Below, in pieces: positions 12,701-25,500 of a stretch of 64,000 nucleotides of DNA. This DNA comes from Antedon mediterranea. Its lineage: Eukaryota; Animalia; Echinodermata. Location: positions 21,833,045 through 21,897,044 of the forward strand of contig NC_092680.1 of NCBI RefSeq assembly GCF_964355755.1. Reading direction: 5' to 3'. Position 1 is the first letter of the stretch; every line of letters begins with the position of its first letter. Under the pieces are notes generated by a model. That model worked only from the letters and a program-made list of their open reading frames with translations, had not been told where the DNA came from and made no database searches. The position numbers were made by a program, and so were the translations under genes.

Positions 12701-13512
12701 CGCAATTTGTTTATATCGTTCGTGGCTAAAAACGATCATTTTCGGCGATGTTTTAAACCCTATATTTCGAAAACTACAAGTCATATTTTCATAATTCTTT
12801 CTTTATTATAATATTGATACAAAATACTAACAGGCAATGTATAATTTGTTTGAAAAATATTAACTTTTAATTTTACATCGTTATCCCTACCAATAATATT
12901 GTAAACGTCCCGGAACCTCTCCTGCATGCTGAGTAGGCCAAGGCCTTCTAACTAGCTCTAGGCTAGCCATGGTTTTTAGAACGTTAGGGCCTCTAGAGAC
13001 TAGGGCTAGGCGGGACGGCTAGGCCTACCTAGCCTAGCTAGACGCCTAGGCTAGGCCCACCCAGCCAGGCAGGGGCATCTACTAGGCCTATAGTATAGGC
13101 CTAGGCCTACTAGCCTAGGCTAGAGTTTTAAGTTTATTTGCTTATATTAGAAGTGTAGCCTAGCCTAGGCCTAACTAAATTCTATATTTTCTAATTTACG
13201 ACATACTTTTAAGGCCTACAGAGAATTTTCAGTTAGGCTAGGCCTACCAACAAGCCTTCGCAAAGCAAGATTTCTACTCGAATCTATCTTGCTGGCCGGC
13301 CAAAATATGGAGAGCTCCACCAATCGACAAAGGCTTAGCAAGGCCTTGTCCGTTTTGACGAGCCTACACACTCAGATAGGGTAGGAAGATTGCACTAAGA
13401 ATACCTGATTTCCTTGTAATCCTGATCGTCTACTAACTCTTGAACTCCTCAAGCTAATAAAGGCCGATCCTTCGTCAACTTCAACACATTCATTATGTCT
13501 CGTTTTCACCAT
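741..13512 (-). CDS. ATAD2: ATAD2/ATAD2B-family AAA+ ATPase, 5' part; the gene continues beyond the left edge and the bromodomain is not in this window
   Basis: Fifteen GT-AG exons with consistent phases: 13405-13512 (ATG, MVKTR...FISL), 11394-11545, 10971-11188, 9941-10110, 9326-9446, 8886-9123, 8251-8364, 5797-5905, 4378-4668, 3434-3682, 3078-3168, 2614-2928, 1947-2097, 1591-1777, 741-926. Motifs: Walker [36 protein letters not shown], Walker [25 protein letters not shown], a degenerate second AAA ([24 protein letters not shown]) and an acidic N-terminal tract. Confidence 0.96.
946..1277. repeat. 30 bp minisatellite, about 11 copies
   Basis: Unit TCCATTTTTAGTTTATATACTTTGGATCAT; starts about 20 bp from an ATAD2 acceptor. 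Confidence 0.95.
2275..2526 (+). mobile_element. tRNA-derived SINE with a Deu/Nin-like central domain, internally deleted
   Basis: A box TGGCCGAGCGG, B box GGTTCGAGGC, central AAGGACTACAAACCGTAGGTCC...TTAAAGAACCTAGTACATCTTT, (TTCAA)n tail. A second copy lies at 26618-26793. Confidence 0.8.
3149..3345. repeat. 66 bp tandem repeat x3 copying an ATAD2 splice acceptor and exon start
   Basis: The minus-strand unit contains ...CTATTCCAG|GCTCGCAGTCAAATCCTAT. Confidence 0.93.
3652..4147. repeat. 54 bp tandem repeat x9 copying an ATAD2 splice acceptor and about 30 nt of exon
   Basis: The minus-strand unit is AGTGTGAATTCTATCATCTTTTAG|GCCTACACGATGCGTCCTGCAATAATATTT; copies look identical. Confidence 0.95.
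4773..5657. repeat. 59 bp minisatellite, about 15 copies
   Basis: Unit CATTGATTCAATATAAACTACAGTCCCAGAGACAACAACACATACACAGTCAACTCTCC. Confidence 0.95.
5646..5768. mobile_element. Small Tc1/mariner-like MITE
   Basis: Termini CAGTCAACTCTC and GAGAGTCGACTG, with TA on the right flank. Confidence 0.55.
6304..6356. repeat. 22 bp minisatellite, left part (continues at 8096-8198)
   Basis: Unit GGGATATTCACTATAGGGATAT, interrupted by the 6357-8095 transposon. Confidence 0.85.
6357..8095. mobile_element. 1.74 kb non-autonomous DNA transposon with hAT-like termini and a 6 bp TSD
   Basis: Perfect 14 bp TIRs CAGGCCTCGAATTT / AAATTCGAGGCCTG, GATATT duplicated on both sides, subterminal AGGGCAC(CAAGGCCA) repeats near both ends, no transposase ORF. 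Confidence 0.85.
8096..8198. repeat. 22 bp minisatellite, right part
   Basis: Same unit as 6304-6356. Confidence 0.85.
10318..10810. mobile_element. Kolobok-like non-autonomous DNA transposon
   Basis: TTAA on both sides; TIRs AGATGTATTGTCCCTT / AAGGGACAATACATCT; purine-purine start as in Kolobok. Confidence 0.78.
11756..12889. mobile_element. Non-autonomous hAT-like DNA transposon
   Basis: Termini TAGGGATACCGA / TCGTTATCCCTA; CCAATAA duplicated on both flanks (7 bp TSD). Confidence 0.72.
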
Positions 13513-13818
13513 TTTAATTAGGTTTTATGTAAAGCATACTCAACATTTTCCATCGTCAGTTTTTGTGTGTGGTGAGGAGATATAGAGGAGACAAAGGCCG
13601 TTTTACTCAAGTATCATTTAACTAATAATAAAGTAGTTTAATTATCGACAACCATAAATTTGACTATTAAATTATAAAAGGCATTCTAATATAATAAATG
13701 TACACAAAAAGTTTAATTAAAATATAGAATGAAGTAGTTTTGCTTCGACTTAAATCAAATAATTAGAGAAAAAAACAAGACGGTGGTATTCATCCGCGCA
13801 ATGCAATTCATTTTGGAA

Positions 13819-13829
13819 TTGGCGCGAAA
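13819..13829 (-). promoter_or_regulatory. Canonical E2F binding site about 310 bp upstream of the ATAD2 ATG
   Basis: TTTCGCGCCAA on the minus strand; mammalian ATAD2 is a known E2F target. Confidence 0.55.
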
Positions 13830-14399
13830 GTCAAAATACTAAATCTTCTGCTTCGTCTCTGAACCACTCATCATAACAATAAGAAATATCGATTTTTCGT
13901 TGTCATAACAAAAAACATAGATTAAACATTCAGTTTATAATTGAATTAAAATACAAAACGATATTCATCCCCTAGTCGACGAATCGGATGTGATTTATTG
14001 ATTCATGACGGAACATGGGCCGCCGTAACCTATTGTGGGTTTTTTTTGAAGGAGAATGATTAGCTACATTTGCAAGAAGGAGCTGGGGATTTTTTCGAAC
14101 GAAATTCCGTAGGCTAAATTGCGTGAATGCTAACTACAATAGAATTTTTGAGAGATTCCCTATCAATTTGCCAACAAACGAATACAATAAGATGAAATAA
14201 GTAAGTGCTGGGAAACTGGAAAAACAATAATATCCTCTAAAGCGTGGTTCCCACTAGCGACGCAACGCAAGGACGTAACGCAACGCAAATGAATTGACCA
14301 ATCACAAGCGATGGCTTATTAGCTTGTGATTGCTAACTGTCTATAACTTCGCTTGTCATTGCTTAAAACGCTTATAACAACGCACGGCATACCAAACTG

Positions 14400-15745
14400 T
14401 TTAAAAAACTAGGCTACAAGGTCCCCAGAAATGACACCTATAGTATTTTGAAACATGATATATAGTCTTCACTACCCCACTGTGATTGGGGCTGAGCAAA
14501 GACAATTTTGAAAACATATTGATTGAAATATGAAATTAAATATTAAGTCTCAAGTTAAGCTCACCATGGTTGAGGCAGAGCTAAGAATGAAAGCTTATTC
14601 CCCGGAAATTATGAAACGAAATATATAAGTCTTCAGGACCAGCCATACAATGGTGATTGTTTCCAAAGTGTCAGACAACCTCGACGGATATTTTTTATTT
14701 ATTTATTTTTTTAAATAGAGATATGTGACAATGTATTGTCGAACATGCATATGGTACCATACCGCCGGTAGGTATTCAAATATGCTTAATACGAAAAGAT
14801 ATTAAAATTCAGTGACTTATTTCTATTTTATATCACTGTGCTCCACTGGCTGCAAGTTGGGTCCACTTGAGCACAGTGTATTAACATACAAAAAGATATT
14901 AAAATTCCGTGAATTATTTCTATTTTATATCACTGTTGTGCTCGCCTGGTGCCAAATTGGGTACACTTGAGTACATTGTATTAAAATACGAAAAGATATT
15001 ACAATTCAGTGACTTATTTCTATTTTATATCACTGTGCTCCACTGACGCCAAATTGGGTCCACTTGAGCACAGTGTATTAAAATACGAAAAGATATTAAC
15101 ATTCAATGACTTATTTCTATTTTATATCAATGTGCTTCCCTGGTAGGCCTACCAAATTGGGTCCACTTGAGCACAGTGTATTAAAATACGAAAAGATATT
15201 AAAATTCAGTGACTTATTTCTATTTTATATCACTGTGCTCCCCTGGCTCCAAATAGGGTTCAATTGAGCAAAGTGTATTAAAATACGAAAAGATATTAAC
15301 ATTTAGTAACTTATTTCTATTTTATATCACTGTGCTCCCCTGGCTCCAAATTGGGTCCACTTGAGCACAGTGTATTAAAATACGAAAAGATATTAAAATT
15401 CAATTACTTATTTCTATTTTATATCACTATGCTCCACTGGCTCCAAATTGGGTCCACATGAGCACAATGTAATAACATACGAAACGATTTTAACATTTAA
15501 TGACTTGTTTCTATTTATATCACTGTGCTCCACTGGCTCCAAATTGGGTCCACTTAAGCACAGTGTATTAACATACAAAAAGATATTAAAATTAGTGACT
15601 TATTTCTATTTTATATCACTGTGCTCCACTGGTGCTAAATTTGGTCCACTGAACCAGTTACCGTAGTACTATTTGTATTTCGGAAGTAAATAAAGGCATA
15701 AATGGCGCGCCGTAGAAGTAGAGAATGCTCGATCCGTCGAAATGA
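14400..15745 (+). mobile_element. Dispersed repeat element with an internal array of about 119 bp units (7-8 units at 14785-15650)
   Basis: Unit ...GACTTATTTCTATTTTATATCACTGTGCTCCACTGGCTCCAAATTGGGTCCACTTGAGCACAGTGTATTAAAATACGAAAAGATATT...; the unique flanks match 41465-42780 (inverted) and 42855-43020. Confidence 0.8.
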
Positions 15746-15822
15746 CGCGCTCTTATTTTGATCTCAATCTCTCGGTTGTTGTTTACAAACATTTTTGTTT
15801 TTTGTTGAAAAGGTGCGTCGCT

Positions 15823-18800
15823 ATGGCGAAGCAAAACCTAGGCATTCCTGAATTACTTTTATTGGTAATAAGCCTAGGATGTACGTTTATTTTGTTAGTA
15901 AATGGTCAGAACATGAATTCAACTATAAATAGTACCGATAATCCCAATATTACGACAGTTGAGCCCAGCATGACGAGTGACCAGACAACCACCGATGAGC
16001 CAACGACCGAGACTTCTGGTGGAGAAACGACCTCCGAGCCCGTCGACCCACAACAACAGACAACACCTACTAGGCCTGAAGAAATGTCTATAGAATACAG
16101 TACAATAGAAGCAAATACGGGTTAGTAATTACAGTACTATTATTATTGCCTTGAGCACCTTTGGTGGCGAAGTGCGCTCGAGAAATCTATATTAATTATT
16201 ATTAATATTATAATAATAATATTAGGCCAGCTACTACTACTAGGCCTAGCTAGGGCCTAGCCTATTATTATAGTAGTAGGCCTAGGCCGGCCTAGAACTA
16301 GTAGTAGGCCTATCTAGGCTATATTCTTAATCTTTCTTTTGTATTGATTGAATATTAATTATTATTAATGAAAAATAAATTTAAAGTATAGCTTATTTTT
16401 ACTCGCCATAGGCTAGGCCTATATCATTATTTGATATCTGTTTTGATTCTATAGATATTGGGCCATGTACTTGTGATTTGACTGGCAATGCTTGCGATGT
16501 GAATTGTTGTTGTGATTCAGATTGTTCTCCTGATGATATCTCTACCTTCAGTTTCTGTAACAATCAAGATTTAAGGTAAGACCATTTTCACATGATTCTA
16601 TATAACATGGTTAAAAATATAAAATTCCATCAGGCACTCTTTTCAACATCAGATTCTCTTTGAGAATGAAAAATTTGAAAACCAAACTTTTCCGGTCCCA
16701 GGAACGGATCCAGGATTTTGTTAACGAAGGAGCGCTAACACAATATTTTAAGTATGATTTTAATATGATTTAGTCTGTAAAAAAGTAGATTTCAATCCCC
16801 TGGATCTGCCTGTGGATCCAAACCAGAGATTATAAGCCAGCCCAACGGTGTCCAGTTTTTTATTGCTCTCAAAAAGTCCTGGAAATCAAATTATATAAAA
16901 ATTTTCACAAATAATATCTTTTTCCCGTTCTAACTATTATTATTAAAATTTCTCTTAATTTTTAGCAATGAAGATAGAGTCTGTTTCTCAAAAGAAACAA
17001 TTTACAACATCAACAATGACGAAGTAACAACAGAGACTGTTGGCGGCCTATTCTGTATTTATACAGATAATTGTAAGAATCATGCAATACAATAAAATTG
17101 TATTATTTCAAATTCATTTGCTTGTGGTAATACAATTTTATAAAAAACGTAAGAAAGTACACAAAGCAAGCACAATCACAACAATAATAAACAATCTAAA
17201 TCAGGATCATATTGCACAGCGTTATCTTTTTAGAGGTTACTATTGTAGAATCTAACTCCAGTAAGAATGAATGATTTATTATAGCGCTCAGTATTTATTA
17301 TTTAGTTGTCTGGTATCACAACATTAGAGCATCACAACAAAATACACACAATATGTGCACCATTTGAACATACTTGAACTTTGATAGATAGGTAATAGAT
17401 AGAAATAATAGTAAGTTTGCATCAATCCAAATGGACATCCATCTTGTTGATCTACCACCACTACCAGAGCTGTGCCCATATTATAGCTTTAATATGCATT
17501 GCCCCTGTTTTAATGCTCAACTACTTGAATTATGTTTTGTTTCTTCAGATGAAGATCGTAATTATTACACAGTTCCAGATACAGTGGACAGTGTTGACAC
17601 TTTTGATGAACTTGTTACAGAATATGGATCTTATAACTTTGCTAAACAATCAGAAACTAATGAAACATTTGGTGATTACTATAAGGTAAGTCTTCCTTGA
17701 AACCAATGTGGTACAGTAGCTTGGTGCAATATTCTTGCCGTCCAATCTCAAGGTCCTAGGTTCAAGTCCGTACAATTTTGTACAAAAGCAAGATTTTTTT
17801 TTACCCAGACTAGCAACAGTTTTATTGCCATGGGCAATACATTGAGCTACTCTGGAATTCATACAGTATGGAAATAATAATAATGTATATATGTATATAC
17901 AGGGCATATCTAAGTGCTGAGCATTACAATCAACAGAAAACATAATATATAATATATAGATTTGTACTGTACTTTACTGTACCCTCTGAAGCAAAAAGAA
18001 ATAGCACGCACGTTGATTATTGAATAGCACTCTTCAGAATGCATCCTATACAGTACACTCTTATATTATGAATTTTTTTGAATGAATATTTTTGTTATTG
18101 TTAAAGTATGGTGATAAAATATACACGTTATTTGAGGGAGTTAAAGGAATTGCTCTGGGGTACCTTGGTCTACCAGCTTTGCTTGTCACCAATGCTTGTA
18201 CTGATAACAACCCTGCCAGTAAGTAACATTATTAGTTATTATATAGTTATTCATTCAAAGAAACCATACAGGCAGCCAAAGGCTGAAATGAGTACAATTT
18301 GACAGATGTAAAAACTATGTAAAATTAATGTACATTATACAGTAATAAAACATTAAAAAACACATCTAGAAAAAACATTAAAAGACAACAAAGTTTAGTA
18401 TAATTAGCATTCAACGTCTGATAATAAAAGATGTATCATGTATTATGCATTATTAGCATTCATCACCTAAATACTTTTTGTGTACATTATTTTTTCAACA
18501 GGATACTTAGTTGATGAAAACACAGAGTGCATTCGTACGGTTATCGACCTTGCGACAGAATGCCAAACACTGCCCTCTTTATCTAGTTACTCGTACTACA
18601 ATGAAATTAAGATTGTCGCTGTAAGTCATTTATTTTTTAAACCTTTTTACTTGCTAAAGAATTTATAGAGCAATTATTTATATTTACTAAAAAAAGTTAG
18701 TTTTATTTCTTTCATCTTTTGTGTTTTGATTGTAGGTACCAGCCTACATTCGAGATATGTTTGTAAATGTAACAGATTATAATTTGACAACAGTTTTCCC

Positions 18801-21760
18801 CGTGACAACAGATGCCCCCAAAGTTAACGTATCGACGCAGACACCAAGTACGACTCCAAGTTTGTACTCAGGAGAAGAGTTTGTTCCGATTCGATTGGCA
18901 CAACCATCATTTTGCGAGAATCTTCTTGATATACGTACTTCCTGTAATATTTCATCTTTTCAAACGCCAACATACAACAATGTTACAGAGACTTGTAGCA
19001 ACGTTGTGACAGAAGTTCATTATACCATTACCCATAATGCCACTGATGGTATAGTTGACGCTCAAGTGTTGTTTGTTTTATCAACTGTGAATGCTCAACA
19101 TTTTCCTCTTTTACAAAAGTTCTCAACAAGCTTTGTCAAGGTATGTTTACTGACTCAATGTTTTCTGTGCGTTCTTTGGTTTGCATGCCGTTTTAGCATA
19201 TACTTTACTGCAAGCATATATATTTCTGTTTATTAATTATATTTATTAAACATTTTTTTTTTAAAGTTATTTGTAAAGTCTGATTAACGATTTAAACAAA
19301 ATGTAATTTCTTGCTTTAAAAAAATATCATTTGTTTTAGTAAATAGTTTTATAATTCTTGAAATAACGTAAGTTATTTGTGGAAGTTAAGGAAGGTGAAT
19401 ATAAAACACTAAAAAATACTTACCTTTCAGTTTGATGAAGAGGATGTGTTTGCTAGGAGTGGTAACCCCGGGTATGTAATTGGTGAACCACTTATTGCTG
19501 GTAATCTGACATCGTATGAAGAAAGCGTGGATGAGGGTACCGAGGAGGTCTACGTCAAATATCCTTTACTTATTAAAACCATACTTACTATTATTTTATT
19601 TTTTTATTACACCTTATTTATCGATGGTGACCCTATACAGCATATGCTGACAATCAAGGGGCCCTTATGATGAGTTATGATAACATTTTTGGTTTTAGAT
19701 AACAATGATTTTCAATAATTTTCTAGTTTTCTTTTTAGGACTGTGAATTTTGTTTGCTTTTTATTTGTTTCACAGTAAAGTTTTCTTGAATAGGGTGTCC
19801 CAAAGGAGGGATTTCGCTGTTTTTATAATGTTTCTTTAACCAACATTAATTACATATGCAATATCATTAAGTGAAGACCGCTATAATCGTATGACAGTGG
19901 TGACCGCTACAGCAAGTGGAACTTGCGTTTCAGATCCAGACTCGAGAATACCGGTTGTCTTTGGAGAGGACATTCGATCAGGTTGCCTTATAAGGTTAGG
20001 TTTTTTTCTAAATTATTGAATAATTTCATTAGGAAACATCGTAGTAAGTATGTTTTATTTCATACTTGTATATTGTACTTAATTGTCATCCCTTTGCCAA
20101 CCATTTTAAGGATAAATGGTTGAATTAAACATAACTGTTGACTATTCCCAGTGTATCGTTCTCAGATGTCAGTGAGGCAATAAACGCCATAGCAAGGCAA
20201 CTAACTATCTTTTTACCATTTTCTATTCCCAGTGTATCGTTCTCAGATGTCAGTGAGGCAATAAACGCCATAGCAAGGCAACTATATTTTTACCATTTTC
20301 TATTCCCAGTGTATCGTTCTCTGATGTCAGTGAGGCAATAAACGCCATAGCAAGGCAACTAACTATCTTTTTACCATTTTCTATTCCCAGTGTATCGTTC
20401 TCAGATGTCAGTGAGGCAATAAACGCCATAGCAAGGCAACTAACTATCTTTTTACCATTTTCTATTCCCAGTGTATCGTTCTCAGATGTCAGTGAGGCAA
20501 TAAACGCCATAGCAAGGCAACTAACTATCTTTTTACCATTTTTTTTATTCCCAGTGTATCGTTCTCTGATGTCAGTGAGGCAATAAACGCCATAGCAAGG
20601 CAACTAACTATCTTTTTACCATTTTCTATTCCCAGTGTATCGTTCTCAGATGTCAGTGAGGCAATAAACGCCATAGCAAGGCAACTAACTATCTTTTTTA
20701 CCATTTTCTATTTCAGTGTATCGTTCTCTGATGTCAGTGAGGCAATAAACGCCATAGCAAGGCAACTAACTATCTTTTTACCATTTTCTATTCCCAGTGT
20801 ATCGTTCTCTGATGTTACTGAGGCTTGTACTGCAATAAACGCTATAGCAAGGCAAGCACTTGCAGGTGACATGCCACAATCTATGTATGTTGCAATGTTT
20901 GGCAATTCTGATGTGGGAATTGTAGGAGATTGGGTTCCAGTTATTATCCAAGAACCGGTTGCTGAACCCACGGTAAGAAGTTCATTTTTAATGCAAGTAA
21001 ATTGACCAATCATGATGCAATGAATCATCATCCACCCTTGTCTTGATTGGTTGAATTATGTTAAGGTTATTACTTAGTCAAATACCTATAGCTTTTACCA
21101 TTATTGGAATACACTAGTTGCTTTTATTTTGAATAGTGTATTTGATGTTTTGATCTTTAAAATTAGTGAATTAAGTCACAATCAAGTTTAATCTTACTTT
21201 TTACTCTAAACTTCCTATATTTTCTAGAGCATCGTGGCAGGACAGTGCGATAACGTAATTCTGTCTTTAAGCATTGAGATTCTGTATGCTAATATTGGCT
21301 CATTGGCTAATCCACAAGCTAAAATTGTTGGAGTTAAGTACACATTCATTCCGGGTAAACTTACATACCAGGTAAGAAGCAAAATCATTTTGAACTAAAA
21401 TGATTTCCTACCAATCTACAGTAGTTCTTAAACATAGGGAGTAAAATTGTACTCCATGTAATACTGTCTTATTTGATTTATAAGAGTAAAAAGAATTTAA
21501 GCAGTTGTAATTTTTGTTTGCAGTGTGTGGGACCATACTGCCAGGCTGGAACTGAGAATTTAAGACAGAAGTACGAGATAGCTAGTTCGGTAGCATTCCT
21601 TGATGTTTCAACCTATCCAGACGCTGTCCTTGCTGAAATACCCCCATGGAAAGTGGAATTGCCCAACGATTTTTTCTACCCACTCTCAACAGCTTCTACC
21701 CTACATGTTCACATCTTAACTATTATGTTGTTGTTGATGGTTAATTTGTTATGCACCTGA
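15823..21760 (+). CDS. TCTN1: Tectonic family ciliary transition-zone protein (TCTN1/TCTN3-like), about 707 aa
   Basis: Twelve phase-consistent exons: 15823-16120, 16455-16575, 16966-17072, 17549-17685, 18107-18218, 18502-18620, 18736-19140, 19431-19558, 19854-19994, 20798-20972, 21228-21371, 21524-21760. Signal peptide, Thr-rich linker, hallmark CTCDLTGNACDVNCCCDSDC, RSGNPGYVIGEPL, GSLANPQAKIVG, LPNDFFYP and a hydrophobic C-terminus. Which vertebrate paralogue it matches is uncertain. Confidence 0.93.
19559..19853 (+). other. U12-type (minor spliceosome) AT-AC intron in the tectonic gene
   Basis: 5' site ATATCCTTT, branch point TTCTTTAAC at 19832-19840, terminal AC at 19852-19853; removal joins the flanking exons in frame (..VYVK|YAISLSEDR..). 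Confidence 0.9.
20141..20860. repeat. 81 bp tandem repeat, 8 extra copies of the tectonic exon-10 acceptor and exon start
   Basis: CAG|TGTATCGTTCTC junctions start at 20152, 20233, 20310, 20391, 20472, 20555, 20636, 20717 and 20798 (the complete exon). Confidence 0.95.
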
Positions 21761-22507
21761 AATCGGAGATTACTAAGATGTGAAAACGTGGTCTAATGAA
21801 ACAAGCGGTATTGGTGCTGCGAAACGTAGATGATGTGGCGCCCTCCTGGTGTTCAGACAGTTGGTTTGAAACGAGTTATCAATATAGAATGGTATAGATA
21901 TCTATATAACAACAGAACATGACTCTCCTAACAAGCGAGTCCAGATACAAATGATGGACTAGATACTGCAGGGTCAATTATGGCTGTATAGCTTATCAAC
22001 TGTGTAGCTCATATGCAAGGTGATTTTAACTACTGAGGCACACTGGACTAATTTTGCCCAAATAACTCCAAATTTCATTTTTAATTTTAAAATTAATTTT
22101 AAGCCTTGATACAATTAAGAAACTGTATACGCAACCAATATATTGTTGAAATTAATGTTTGCCTTTTTAAATGTTTAAAGAGTTGTTTTATCAATATATT
22201 TAAAGTGTCAATCAGTTATTGAATTCACTTCCTGTTTATATACCTTTTTATATCATGTTGACATATGTAAATTAAGAAACTACCTTGATTGTAATTGGTC
22301 AGATGTTTTGCTCTACTCTGAAGTAAATGATTGTATTACTAAAAATGACAAATGATTGAGAATTTATATTTATTTATTCCTATTTTGTTTTAATTAACAA
22401 AATGATACAGTACTTTTTATAAGAACTTTGTAGAATAGAAAACAAACCATTTACAAAATAAAACTTGTATAGCTGCATATATTTGTATTAGTATTTATTT
22501 TACAACA

Positions 22508-25500
22508 TTATAACTTAATATGACTGTTTTTATGCATTTTGGATTTACTTGATTTGATTTTTAAATCTTTTTTCGAGACAATCTGCATACCCCTTGTGAA
22601 TTTCCCAACTTGTCCATCAATGTAAACACCTCGTTGTTGAGTTGGATCTACCCAGAATCCTTTGTTTCTGAAATGTATCAATATGGGAAATGTTAATATT
22701 AGCTTAATTTGTTTTTTCACCAAACAAAATAATAATTTAATAATAATACAGTAATAAGCAAGTTCTCATTAATTCTAAAAACAAGTCATAAATGTTGCTT
22801 ACTTTAGAACTATTTTCTCTGGTTTCTTTTTTACTTTGATTCCCAGCTTTCGGTTCTGTGAGAAAAAAAACCAATACTGGTTAAAATCCAATGTAAATTT
22901 ACCAAGGCAAAGCATTGATTCCAGGGTCCTATCACAAAAGCTCCATGTCAAAGGTCAAATCATACTTACAATCTCTTTTTGACTTGTTTCAGTTTCTCGC
23001 TCTTTTTTCCTAGTTTCAATTAGTTGTTTGTAATTCATATATTCTTTTTTCGGGGCCTAGAAAAAAATAAATAAAACATGATCTACACACGCACTTTTTA
23101 AATATGTTTAACACTAACAGGCACATGTGTTAGAATCTTTAGAACTGTGTAAAGCCCTGTCCACACTATCAAACTTCATGTGTCAAAAAAATGTGATATA
23201 CTCATATATGGACATGATGATTTCATATCACTACCATATTTAAGCATATCACTACCATATTTAAGCATACCACTACCATATTTGGCACATCACACTTTTT
23301 TTGTCAAACTAGTTTGATAGTGTAGACAGCATTAGGCGCAGGAGCCCCGGATAGCGTTACGTTTGAAAACCCCAAAAAGTGAGGTTTTCAACCATTAGCG
23401 GCATGACTGATGTGAGTGATTAATGTGTTTTACGGACGGTTTCAAGGACTATCCTACCAGTGGGCTGTTCACTGGTCAAATGATTGACACTTTGTATCAC
23501 CGTTTGTAACTGGAGCTGTGACGACCTTTGTAACTGGAGCTGTGACGACCTTGCAAGAATACTAGGCCAGAATTTTTAATTGAAAAGTGCCTAACAATAA
23601 CATGGAGATGGAAACAAATTTGTCTATCTTTCTTTCTAAAATAAATGGTCACTATAGTTTCAAACTAGGCTTAGTCCACCACATTAGTAATTACGAATCG
23701 AAACCTAAATTAAAATTGTTGGTATTCTTTGGCCGTTGTTTGATTAATTACATCTTCATGCCATGTTTTTTTTTCTCTAATGATTTGGCGATACGCTCCT
23801 ATATTAATTAGGCCTACTAGCAGAGGGTTCGATGAGTTTTGAAAAGTGATGTAAATGTGGTCTAACATATAGCAATTCAGTTTTTTAAGGCCCTTCTTCC
23901 TTGTCCGAGCCTTTGGAAATATTAAAAAGTTATATTAATATAATATATTCTGTGTTTTCATGTTTTGAGAAATTGTATATCATTTCAGATGTTTCGCGCT
24001 GCGCTTTTATTTGTTTCGCGCCTTGTCTTGTTCGAGCTTCCTCCGTACATACCGATAATTAATATGATTTTTCATTTCATTTTTTGTACATTATTAACAA
24101 ATAGCATACAGAACCCCATACAGAACATACCCTTCTCTGAGAAAACACTTGTGGGCGATTCCCCGAATACGACATGATGGAATAGTTTTGGAGACTTTGA
24201 CTTTGGAGTAGGCCTAAATCGAAACGTCAAGCAACTCAACAGTTCTTTTCATAACTAATATAGGCCTACGTGGTGTACTGCAAATTTATATCAACAAATA
24301 TGTAACTTGTTTAGCACGTTTAAAATGGATAGCAAAACATATTAAAAAAAAAAACCTGAATTATTTCAAACAGACAGCACATTAGTTCAAACGGATAGCA
24401 CAATATAGATAGTTCAATCAAATGAATATAACTATATAACTGTACTGTGCATTCTATACGGATTATCGGGTAGCACATTCTTTCAAATGGATAGCACATT
24501 CTTTCAAATGGATAGCACATTCTTTCAAATGGATAGCACATTAGGTAGCACAATCAAATGGATATAGTACTGTACATTATTCTATGATTATCGGGTAGCA
24601 CATTCTTTCAAATGGATAGCACATTAGGCCTATTTCAAATGGATAGCACATTCTTTCAAATGGATAGCACATTATTTCAAAATGGATAGCACATTATTTC
24701 AAATGGATAGCACATTGGGTAGCACAATCAAATAGATATAGTACTGTACATTATTCTATAAGGATTATCGGGTAGCACATTATTTCAAATGGATAGCACA
24801 TTAGGTAGCACAGTCAAATGGATATAGTAGGCCTACTGTACATTATTCTATACGGATTATCGGGTAGCACATTCTTTCAAATGGATAGAAAATTATTTCA
24901 AATGGATAGCACATTATTTCAAATGGATAGCACATTAGGTAGCACAATCAAATGGATGTAATTGTACTGTACATTATTCTATACGGATTATCGGGTAGCA
25001 CATTCTTTCAAATAGCACATTATTTCAAATGGATAGCACATTATTTCAAATGGATAGCACATCAGGTAGCACAATCAAATGGATGTAATTGTACTGTACA
25101 TTATTCTATACGGATTATCGGGTAGCACATTCTTTCAAATAGCACATTATTTCAAATGGATAGCACATTATTTCAAATGGATAGCACATTAGGTAGCACA
25201 ATCAAATGGATGTAATTGTACTGTACATTATTCTATACGGATTATCGGGTAGCACATTCTTTCAAATAGCACATTATTTCAAATGGATAGCACATTATTT
25301 CAAATGGATAGCACATTGGGTAGCACAATCAAATGGATATAGTACTGTACATTATTCTATAAGGATTATCGGGTAGCACATTATTTCAAATGGATAGCAC
25401 ATTCTTTCAAATGGATAGCACATTAGGTAGCACAATCAAATGGATATAATTGTACTGTACATTATTCTATACGGATTATCGGGTAGCACATTCTTTCAAA

